DNA of 64,000 nt, taken from positions 25,730,001-25,794,000 of the forward strand of contig NW_026889782.1 in assembly GCF_033153115.1 (NCBI RefSeq). The letters run 5' to 3'. The position numbers and the translations under genes were made by a program. Source of the DNA: Saccostrea echinata (Eukaryota). The notes under the pieces are model-generated. The model was not told where the DNA came from and made no database searches. It saw only the letters and a program-made list of their open reading frames with translations. This document shows positions 12,473-22,551 of this stretch, piece by piece. Numbering within the stretch: the stretch's first letter is position 1; each line of letters begins with the position of its first letter.

Positions 12473-13708
12473 TACTGTAAATCACTTTTTATTTGCGTGA
12501 ACTTTATTTTTTGATTATGCGAGTCTGTCTGCTCGGGAAAATTTCATTCTCGCTTATATTTGTATTATAAAGGATTATATACAACAGAAACCACAGCTCG
12601 CGAATAAATACTATGAGGGTTGTCTGGTAAAATCATGGACAAGTTGTCTACACTGAGAAATAATCATTACTGCATTCTGAAATTTTCACAACTCTTTAGT
12701 ACATTATTCCTCAATAATATACATAGCAAATTTCAAATAGATATAAATGCCTTACAGCGCAGTCGCACAGATGATAATGTCAAAGTGTCTAAAGCAGAGT
12801 CACATTTCCACTTTGCTAAAAAATGTTGGATAAGTCCCACTTAAATTTAGCAATTTCATTGATGCACATACTTTAGTTTCCCTTTATTCCTCCATAAAAT
12901 GTCGAGGAACCAATCTCGCACACACATGGGACTTTCTGTAGATTTATTAGTAAGTTATGGACAGTATTCTCACTATTATTCATCTAAATCGTCAAACTTT
13001 GTTAACGGCCTACAGTGACAGCGTCTTTGGCTATTACCATAGCTGTTTGTCCGTACTATGTTTTGTTCTACCCGAGGACTTGATCAAAGAAGATTTCACT
13101 AAGAAAACTCCCATTTCAATTGTATTTTGTGATATTTTAATATTTCTTTTCTTCAGTATTCATTTAAAGTCTCTTAGGGCATCGTGGCTACATCTAAGTC
13201 AAACTGAACTGCTCTCCGGTGCACCGTAAGGTTACCAAACGTCACCTTTTTTCGTGTGTTGTATTAATCACTTTCCCTTTTCGAATACTAAGGAAACAGC
13301 CAATAAATAAGCATATGCCTTGAAATTTTCAAAAAGATAACATAATAGATAGTGGATTAAGAACTGAATAATTTTTACTTCATTCTTATCTATTTAATAC
13401 TTTAAATTTATTTCAAAATAGTACTCATGTATCCTAAAATGAAACCCTTGTTTTTTGATCCTGTGCCGTAGGACCGTACCTTGTGCACATTCAAGCTTAA
13501 TAAAATCTTTATTTTTGTCTTGATTTTATCAAAACATTAAAGATGCACTCAAATATGATAAATCAACATCTGCTGAAAATTTCAGCTTAGTGCGCCTATT
13601 ATTTTCTGAGAAAAAAGCTTTGTCCACGATTTTACCGGACAAACCTTGTAAGTAGCTAACTTGCAAAAATAAGATGTTGCGAAAATATAGTGAACTACAT
13701 GTACAGTA
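12473..13708. mobile_element. TA-flanked TACTGTA...TACAGTA non-autonomous element hosting a mariner MITE
   Basis: tactgtaaatcacttttt...cgcgaa motifs at left; gcgaaaatatagtgaa...tacagta at right. Confidence 0.55.
12614..13648. mobile_element. Tc1/mariner-type MITE (TA TSD)
   Basis: TA|tgagggttgtctggtaaaatcatggacaa ... ttgtccacgattttaccggacaaaccttg|TA. Confidence 0.8.
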
Positions 13709-13751
13709 ACTGATCAATAATTGAGTGTTAGTTCAGCATCTATCTACATAC

Positions 13752-14499
13752 CTTTCCAGAGGACATATGCCCTTGCTCAAACAATAAACTTCATGCACCT
13801 CAATCAGATGTTTGGCTATCTCACTGTCAGGAAGCCAGTCGAATTGTCCTATCAGCTGCTTCCAGGTATTAGCTGCTTCTCCAAACAAAATATTTCTATA
13901 CTCATTCTTGATAGGGGTATCTCCTTCATTATCACTATTTACACAAGAGTCTTGTTGACCAGGATATGGTGACCTGTTAGCTGATTGGTCAGTTTCACAG
14001 CCAATGATTGCTGATATTACAGAAGGCTCCTCTGACTGGTTGTCCAGTATTTCATTATCACTATTTACACAAGCGTCTTGGTGACCAGGTTCAGAAGGAG
14101 CTGCTGCATCATTTCTGAAAGTTTTGATCAGAGGGTTTTCACACAGAATATCTGGCACATCACAAATCTTGTTTTCTGTTACTGTAGTACCGTTAATTGA
14201 TTGGTCAGTTTCACAGCCAATGATTGCTGATATTACATAGGCCTCCTCTGGTTGGTTGTCCAGTATTTGGATGTTGGTGGTCCTTATATTGCTATTGCAA
14301 TATTTTTTGCTAAGATTGGCTTCTACACTCAAATTCATCATTAGTGCAGAAAATGATTTTTTTCCCAATGGCAAATCTTCATACCATATGGCATCAGAGT
14401 GTCTGCATACTTTTCTTGGTTGCTGCCAAAAGTAGGGGTTTTCTGGGTTCAATTTCATCAAATATTTCTTGAAAGATGCCACTGGGCACATGGGATCAC
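13752..14499 (-). CDS. Crypton-derived gene, coding exon 2 (C-terminal half of YR-like domain, internal duplication, helical module)
   Basis: Acceptor ttgatttcag|GT joins exon 1 in frame to give MYDRPGDPMCPVASFKKYLMKLNPENPYFWQQPR...WY...PLGK...NLSKKYCNSNIRTT. Phase-2 donor AG|GTATGT at 13752/13751. Confidence 0.85.
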
Positions 14500-14793
14500 C
14501 TGAAATCAAGGAAACATTATCATGTTACTAAAAATATGTTACTAAAAATAGAAACTTACCAAATCATAAAATTCTTCTTGTTCATGAACTCCACAGATAT
14601 ATTTTCTTAAACATCTCAAAAAGGTTCAGTTTAAGTTTACAGAGTGAACATTATCAATACATTTCTTGAAAATCACCCCTTATATGTTCACAGTGCGACC
14701 GTTAGGGCAAGTGTAGACACCTTTCAGTTTTAATTTAGACCGGGCTCAAAGTCTGAACAGTTTTAAATTGATTCAAGAACGTTTAATCTACTA

Positions 14794-15040
14794 GGCCAAC
14801 TTAAGAAAAATGTTTGGTTGCCCTCTCCTGACTCGGTCTGATAATATTGGGTCAGTAGGTAGGTAGGTAAGAAAATTATTTTTTGTCAGAAAATTTTAAT
14901 TTCAATGCTAATTTTTTATATTTTCTAGAGTACATATAAAAAATAGTTGCTTCCTGGTCGTTAAAAAACGTTTCCAGTCAGGTCATTTTTAGCCAGTCAG
15001 TCGGGAGAGGGCAACCGAACAATTTTTTTAAAGATGGCCC
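14794..15040. mobile_element. Zator-like MITE (GGCC termini) in intron 1 of the Crypton-derived gene
   Basis: ggccaacttaagaaaaatgtttggttgccctctcctgact versus agtcgggagagggcaaccgaacaatttttttaaagatggcc. Confidence 0.7.
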
Positions 15041-15488
15041 TATTCATCTGCTATATATACAGGAAATCAAGGTGATTTTTTGTTAAATTTTTGTTGCTAT
15101 CTGTGAGAACGTTGTTTGTGGCGTGATTTTTGCTAAGCATTATGGTACCACAGGTTACTGCAGAAAAAATTCATTTGAATCAATACGCCAAATCCAAATT
15201 TTCTTTCCGCCCAGGTGTTGCTTTAAGAGCTCACAGTGATGAGTGGCCCTTTGCGCCACTCACTATTACAGCAAATTACAAAATATGGGTAAAGTAAATT
15301 TTCAACAGCTTGCTGGATAGCTCTATAGGGTATACAATTTGGTCTAACAAGTATTACATTAGGTTAGAATCTAGGTCAAGAGGTTACTCAGGTGTATCAT
15401 TAGTTTTTACAAGTAAATGTGAGATATCAGTGTTTGAGATAATGAAGTTCAGCTGTATTATGAATCCTAGTGTTAAACCTGCACCCAC

Positions 15489-16149
15489 CAGGTCGATCAT
15501 ACATTCCGACTGGCTGCATGATTGTTTCCCTCCGTTTTTTATTCTTCTTTGTGTATCTCTCTCTAACGGTCACATACTCCCTCCCAGATGTGTCCCTGGA
15601 GAACGTGAAATCCTCTTTCCGTACTCGCCTCATGTGGTCAAGGCCTCTATCGCAGAAATAGTAAATAAACTCAAACATAGTCTTTTGCTGCAGCGTTCTT
15701 GGGGAATCTGTTGAGAACACTGTGTTATATAGTTTTGCTACATCATTAGGATGAATAGGAATTTTCTGTTTAGGAAACTCAACCTCCCTCTTGCCACCGG
15801 ATTTCATGAATACCTCCTTAAACGTTTTATTGGAAGTTGAATATTTTTCGCTACGAATAATATCTTCATTTCTTAGTTTCAGAAAATATTTCTGCAGACC
15901 GGAACGGATGTTCAGCACGGACGCCCTAGCATAATGTTGGCCGTTAGCTTTCTTCATTTCCATGTAGAAACTTGTCAACAACGCGTCCAGTTGTTCTGAC
16001 GAGTAAGTTGTCTCTACGCTCAGATGCAGGCCCTTTTCTAGAAGAAAGGCTCGGAATATTGAAAGTGTTGAGCTGATATGTCTTTTAGTTGGAGGCATGT
16101 AGTCATTGCTGTCTGCAATCAATACCTGTAACGTTTGATCACCAAACAT
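15489..16149 (-). CDS. Crypton-derived (DUF3504 / tyrosine-recombinase-like; KCTD1/ZMYM/QRICH1-type) gene, coding exon 1
   Basis: ORF MFGDQ...MYDRPG with Crypton-A-like motifs (LLTSFYMEMKKANGQHYARASVLNIRSGLQKYF; PRTLQQKTMFEFIYYFCDRG; SGREYV). In-frame TGA upstream at 16192-16194. Phase-1 donor G|GTGGGT at 15489/15488. Confidence 0.85.
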
Positions 16150-16470
16150 ATCTGCTTCTCCAAGTGTATGGTCGGTCTGATAGGTATCATGTCAATTTGT
16201 CTCCCCACAAAATCGTTCGGTAATTTTATCTCCTCCAAGCGTTGTTCATCTTAAAATATTGTCCAAACATTATTCTTTTTTTAAATATAAAAGACAATCT
16301 TTTAAAAATAAAAAAAGATAACAATGTGCAAGTTCAATTTATTCAATTTTAAACTGTATGAAGTGATGTTTCAGTCCTCACTGTTGAGGGTCTGAACTGT
16401 CTAGTAGCCGTGACATTTTATTAGCTAAGTCGTACAATACACGTGATGATTGTTTACAATGCCCGTTATG
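16150..16470. promoter_or_regulatory. Probable bidirectional promoter between the Crypton-derived gene and KIAA1143
   Basis: About 310 bp between divergent first coding exons. Retained in the duplicate at 23896-24155. No TSS evidence is available from sequence alone. Confidence 0.5.
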
Positions 16471-16477
16471 CCGAAAT

Positions 16478-16558
16478 GTTAAAGACGATGAGCCGGATTT
16501 TATTAAGAAGTTTAAACAGAGAGTAGGCTACAAGGAGGGTCCAACAGTAAATACAAAG
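16478..16558 (+). CDS. KIAA1143: KIAA1143 homolog (DUF4604), exon 1; no in-frame ATG found
   Basis: VKDDEPDFIKKFKQRVGYKEGPTVNTK matches the KIAA1143 N-terminal EPxFxxxFKxRVGYxEGPTVxTK. Donor AAG|GTATGT. Confidence 0.8.
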
Positions 16559-16654
16559 GTATGTAGAATGAAGTCTACAGTTCCGACAAAAAACAAAAAG
16601 ATTTTTTTTTTCATTTGTAGCGTCTTATTTCGAATTTCCTCTACAAAAACGAAT

Positions 16655-17953
16655 CCGGGATGTTTCGCGCCAATGGTGGCAGAGGATAGTTTTTTTTAAT
16701 GCCAAACATGTGCCGAGGGGGTACACATATACATGCCATCCATAAAAACATGTACATGGGGACAGTTTTCCAGGGGCTAATCAATTACACTTCATATGCC
16801 CATGGCTCACAAATTATGTCAACAAATTACATGTAATCTGCCTATTAGAGTGCACATGTACCAAAAATGCACCTGGGGACTCCCCAAATTTTGGCTTGTT
16901 TTTCCAAGATCTGGGCCTCATTCACACCCACACAACCCACCCCCAGGCCCGAGCGAGCAGGATAAAACACCCAGTAGTCTGTAAATCAATGCAAGCCCTA
17001 ATAAAAATTCACCAATTGATATGGGGCCATTCACCTTCCCTCTGAGATACACACCTTCTTCTAAGGCCTACTGCTTTTTAGCTGAATTTCCTCTGCAACT
17101 GACCACGTGTCTTAGTTTCGCATTTACAACTCTGTATATGATAAGCGTCATAGTGACACCTACATGTTGCACATCATTTTTTTCAGCAAGCACTCTGCTG
17201 CACTGCAAATGTGTCCCATAATTATTCTAATCATTTTTCTACATAAAATATCACATCAAACAGGGGATATCTCAATTTTTTAAGAAATTTGACCGGGTCT
17301 TTAGTACGAAACTATCCCCTGCCACCAATTCTGTTTCGCACTGAGATGGTTCGCGCCTGGATGATTCGCGCCGATTTCGGTGCGAAACATCTCACAATTT
17401 ATTTTAAATATTCCACGACATTTTTATCCATTTTAATAAATTGTTTATCAATTATAAGATATACATATATAGATGTTGTGTGTTCAAATGCATGACTTAA
17501 TAATACATGTATGCACTGCCAAAGAGTACGGATCGTGTTCTTCAAATATTCCATGAGGATTTAATTGTAATTAGTTGTAGATCGAAAGGTGAGAATTTAT
17601 TAATTGACGTGTTGGTAGTCAAACCAACAATAATTACTTAATTAGATGGCCGTATTATAATTAGCATGGTGTTAAAATAATACATAATTATATGCTATGT
17701 ATACTTCAAACACAGACATAAATAATTATGTCTCTGCTACAAATATAATCTTCTTGAATTAAAAAAAATGTTTCAAAAAATATCAAAATTTACACCATAT
17801 AACATGTTTAAAATCTAAAATTTTGTTAAACGAACTTCAGTAGGCTAGCACATATTTGTACAACAATGTGGGGCAAACCATCTCAGCGCGAAATGGAATT
17901 GGTGCGAAACATCGCAGCGTGAACCATGCTTAGGTGCGAAACATCCCGTTACC
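16655..17953. mobile_element. Composite/degenerate non-autonomous element(s) with GCGAAACATC repeats in KIAA1143 intron 1
   Basis: cgggatgtttcgcgcc at 16657 versus ggtgcgaaacatcccg at 17933-17948. Inner inverted repeat ggtggcagaggatagttt / aaactatcccctgccacc. Confidence 0.5.
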
Positions 17954-18769
17954 TACAAAAATGTGTGTGTACCTGGGGAGGGAGGTTAGTGCATTGATTT
18001 CTGCAATAAATATATACTTGAACCAGTTTATTAAAATTCATGACTCCAGGGTCCACAATTTATCCTGGGTGAGCTTGAAGTCTTGGAAGTTCTATACCTT
18101 TGAATTTTTCATACATGGCATTATTATATTACTATCAGCTATTATCAACAAGAATTTTCCCTAAAAAAAAGAAATAGAAAGTTTAAATTGATAATTTAAT
18201 ATGACAATTTTTCATCAGGTCAAATATCAGGTCTTTAGTGTATCAGGTCTTTAGTATGTTCCCATTATCCAACAGATAAGCAGTTCAGGTACACTGAATA
18301 TAAGCTATTGCACATCTTTGTATACATTAAAACCCATGCACCCATGATTACAATGAGTCATAAGTCTTCTTTTCTTCACCAAGGATAGGACTGAAAAGAA
18401 TCTTTGAGATTGAGCACAGGAATTTTTGAATCTTCAAACAAAATTCATGTAATGTCATTTTGGTCAAGAGTATTAGTCCAGTGTGGGGCTGACTTCATCA
18501 CACTCAAGATACTTAGACAACTGGTCAACTTAATAATCTGAAGGTCTGTTTGCTTTGATTCATGCTATGTAAAAAAAATAGTGTACTTTTTATCCATATA
18601 TGGTGTCAACTAAGGGTCAAAAGCAGCATAGCCATAATAGGGTTCACAATTGGCCTTACACAACCAAAGGTGTCAATCAGTGCTTCAGCAGAAGACAACA
18701 GAACATATAATTTCCTCTTCAAAATGATCACAATTCATAGCTCGAAAGTAAAATCAGGAATTAAAATCT

Positions 18770-19080
18770 ACAAAACCTGAGGATGTTTCCACTTAGTTTC
18801 ATTTTTCCTGGCCCATTTCTTGAGAAGATTGAAGGTTTTTTTTTTTTTTTAAATAGTCCATTAATTTTTCTCTAATTTATAATTGCCTCCCCTTGGAAGA
18901 AGGTGTGGCCCTTTATTTAAACAAGGATTCTTTGTGGCAGGTTTGGTTGAAATTGTGTTGAAATTGGCCCAGAGGTTCTGGAGAAGTCAAAAAATGTGAA
19001 AAGTTACATACAGACAGACAAATACCAGACAAAATGTGATGAGAAAAGCTCACTTGAACCTTTGGCTCAGGTGAGCTAAA
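18770..19080 (+). mobile_element. 3' fragment of a Cg170-type Helentron
   Basis: cccttggaagaaggtgtggccc...acagacagac...aaagctcacttgaacctttggctcaggtgagctaaa. Confidence 0.75.
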
Positions 19081-19318
19081 ACAATGCTCAGACATTGACA
19101 AGTAAAACAAATATAAAATAAGGAATCCTATTTCCTTAACTGACCTTAAATATATCAAACATTCAAAAACATGAACAGGCTTCCATGTTTACTTTCAATG
19201 GGGTCTGGTTAAGACTTGTGATAATAGAAATGTGAGAGAAGGATTTGATTAGGATTATTATCCTGTAAAAAATCATTAAAGTAAAATCAGAGAGTTGTTT
19301 TAATATTTTTTGGAACAG

Positions 19319-19448
19319 CATGAGATTCCAAACTTTGAAGATGAGGAGGAGGACAGACCAGACAATGAAGATGAGAAGCCAGTGATTGTACAACTGAGGG
19401 AAGGGGATCTAAGTGCTGAGGAGGTGGAGAGACTGCAAAAGAGTGAAG
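19319..19448 (+). CDS. KIAA1143: KIAA1143 homolog, exon 2
   Basis: aacag|CAT, then HEIPNFEDEEEDRPDNEDEKPVIVQLREGDLSAEEVERLQKSE (EDEqPqVVvLkxGDLsxEE motif). Donor G|GTTTGT, phase 1. Confidence 0.88.
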
Positions 19449-21728
19449 GTTTGTATATAATACTGTAAACCGTTAAGGTGTGTATATAATACTGTAAACC
19501 AAAGAGTGAAGGTGTGTATATCATACTGTAAACCAAAGAGTGAAGGTGTGTATATAATACTGTAAACCATGAAGGTGTGTATATAATACTGTAAACCAAA
19601 GAGTGAAAGTGTATATATAATACTGTAAACTAAAGAGTGAAGGTGTGTATATAATACTGTAAACTGTTAAGATGTGTATATCATACTGTAAACCTTGAAA
19701 GTGTGTATATCATACTGTAAACCTTGAAGGTATGTATATCATACTGTAAACTCTCAAGGTGTGTATATCATACTGTAAACCAAAAGACTGAGGGTGTGTT
19801 TATTATACTGTAATCCAAAGAGTGAAGGTGTATATATCATACTGTAAACCAAAGAGGGAAGGTGTGTTTATAATACTGTAAACCATGAAGGTGTGTATAT
19901 CATACTGTAAACCAAATAGTGAAGGTGTGTATATAATACTCTAAATCAAAGAGTGAAGGTGTGTATATAATACTGTAAAACAAAGAGTGAAGGTATATAT
20001 ATAATACTGTAAACCATGAAGGTATGTATATCATACTGTAAACCAAAAGACTGAAGGTGTGTATATAATACTGTAAACCAAAGAGTGAAAGTGTGTATAT
20101 CATACTGTAAACCAAAGAGGGAAGGTGTGTATATAATACTGTAAACAGTCAGGGGTGAGACTGAAATCCGTCATTTTTAAAATGACGATTTTAAGCCATA
20201 AAATAAAATTTTTATTATGACTTAAACTCGTCATTTTTAAGAAAATGACGAAAAACAGTCATAAAAATTTAGAGTGTTTCTAGAATACCGAGTTACCTCT
20301 CTTTGAAAAATGTTAGATCCACCAACCGAAAAAAGGACAAAAAACATCGTAAACGAACTTCATTTCTCTAATACAGTTGACTACAATACTGGTTATGTTG
20401 ACAGTATAAATTTCCCAAGCAAAAATAAGAGTGGAAGAGTTATTTGTCAATTTATTTGCATTAAATAGGAAAGAAGACGAAAATGATGATATTCCGTCTT
20501 TTTTCAAAATGGAGGGTCTGGGCGCACTGAAATATCTCGCTTGTTTTACGGGGCGCACTACTTTTTTATGGCTTTAACTTTTTGTCGAGACTTTTCTCTA
20601 CAAGTACGTATTCTTCCAGACGGTGTACTATATGTTTTTATAGGGCTAAAAGCCATGTAAAAATGGCGAATTAGTTCTACCAAAATTCGACATTTTACCG
20701 CTAAATAATAACTTTCACCTTCCATGTTGATGTTCTAACGCACGTGGTCGGCAGTAATTAGTGACCCGGATGAAATGAAACTTGCGTAAACACTCTTCTT
20801 TCAGCGGTGAATTCAAATTTCGCTTTCATGTAACCAGGATAGAAGAATTAAGTTGAAAAAGAAAATATGACGATAGTAAGTCATATTGACAAAAAATAAC
20901 GAAAATACGTACTTAGTAAATATGACGCTTATCCATCATTTTTCAAAAATGATGGATTTCAGTCTCACCCCTGACTGGTAAAGCAAAGAGTGAAGGTGTG
21001 TGTATCATAAACCCTGAAGGTTTGTATATAATACTGTAAACCAAAGAATGAAGGTGTGTATATAATACTGTTAACTAAAGAGCGAAGGTGTGTATATAAT
21101 ACTATAAACTATGAAGATATGTATATCATACTGTAAAAATCTGAAGGTGTGTATATCATACTTTAAACTCTGAAGGTGTGTATATAATACTGTAAACCAA
21201 AAGACTAAAGGTGTGTATATAATACTGTTAACCAAAAAAACTGAAGATGTGTATATCATACTGTAAACCAAAAGACTGAAGGTGTGACTGTATATAATAT
21301 TGTAAACCAAAAGTCTGAAGGTGTGTATATCATACTGTAAACCAAAAGACTGAAGGTGTGTATATAATAATATAAACCAAAGAGTGAAGGTGTGTATAAT
21401 ACTGTATACCATGAAGGTGTGTATATAATACTGTAAACCAGAGAGTGAAGGCATGTATATCATTCTGTAAACCAAAGAGGGAAGGTGTGTATATAATACT
21501 GGAAACTAAAGAGGGAAGTGTGTATATAATACTGGAAACCAAAGAGGGAAGGTGTGTATATAATACTGGAAACTAAAGAGGGAAGTTGTATATATAATAC
21601 TTTAAACTGTGAAGGTGAGTATATATACTGTAAACCAAAGAGGGAAGGTTTGTATATAATACTGTAAACCGTGAAGGTGTGTATATAATACTGTAAACCA
21701 AAAATGAAGGTGTGTATATCGTACTGTA
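19436..21728 (+). repeat. 29/34-bp minisatellite (~45 units) built from the KIAA1143 exon-2 donor junction
   Basis: Unit caaagagtgaag|gtgtgtatataatactgtaaac. The first unit is the true exon end CAAAAGAGTGAAG|GTTTGTATATAATACTGTAAAC. Split by a MITE at 20146-20977. Confidence 0.92.
20146..20977. mobile_element. MITE with 5-bp TSD inserted in the minisatellite (hAT5-like)
   Basis: TIR cagtcaggggtgagactgaaatcc / ggatttcagtctcacccctgactg, with GTAAA on both flanks. Confidence 0.85.
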
Positions 21729-22161
21729 TCCCAACATATATTCATGTGTGAGAAATACCTGAAACTGTAAAGCTACAGTATCATCAGAGACTCCTATATA
21801 GTAACATTCCCATAAAAAATGACATGTTAATGTTTACTGTCTTAATGAATTCTGAAGCATTCAAATCTGAGTCAGGACTTGATTATTCAGATTAATGCTG
21901 TAATATACAATACACAATGTACAATATACAGCAAGACTACAAACCAAAGACTACAACACTACAATTTTGTTCAAGTGAATGTTGGGGGTCAAGGGCATTT
22001 TGTTCTTTTTCTCTAGTTAATCCTTTATCATATGTGTACAATACATTTTCTATATATTTTTCATATATTCCATACCTTATTCTTGATATTACATGTACAA
22101 GTCTATGTGTGCATCATCCTATATGATTTAAGTGAAATGTTGATATGTTTTCTCTCCTCAG

Positions 22162-22367
22162 AACCCATAGCTGATGGTAAGATCACCTTTAAGAAGCCGG
22201 TGGAGAGGAGCGGGGAGGAGGCAACAGAATTAAAATCATCAGCAAAGAAGAGGAGGGAAGAGAAAGGAGAGAAGAAGGAAGAGGAAGGAGAGAAGAAGTC
22301 AGGGAAGGCTGTCAAGAACTCAAGTCTGTTGTCATTTAACCAGGAAGATGAAGAGGATGCCACATGA
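22162..22367 (+). CDS. KIAA1143: KIAA1143 homolog, exon 3
   Basis: tctctcctcag|AA, then EPIADGKITFKKPV...VKNSSLLSFNQEDEEDAT* (conserved DGrIxf/yrKP and KNSSLLSF). Confidence 0.9.
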
Positions 22368-22551
22368 CATTGTGTCAAAGGAGGATGTCACATGAAATTG
22401 TGTAATAGGATGGTGTCACGTGATATTGTGTCATAGGAGGATGTCACATGACATTGTGTCATAGGAGGATGTCACATGATTTGTATGCAATAGGAAGATG
22501 TCATGTGATGTGTGTGTCATATGAGGATGTTGCACAATACATTTGTCATAA
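22353..22551 (+). repeat. 28-bp tandem repeat (~7 units) starting across the KIAA1143 stop codon
   Basis: Unit gaggatg(c/t)cacaTGAcattgtgtcatag, diverging with distance from the stop. Confidence 0.85.

Noticed and set aside
13752-16149. Active Crypton transposon or phage-type integrase
   Set aside because: Catalytic His and Tyr positions are substituted, no element boundaries were seen, and the frame splices on into non-TE exons.
19300-21542. Minus-strand ORFs with YSIIYTPS repeats
   Set aside because: Translations of the minisatellite; no independent coding evidence.
19436-21728. CRISPR-like appearance of ~30-bp repeats
   Set aside because: Head-to-tail units with no unique spacers, no cas genes, and a eukaryotic context.
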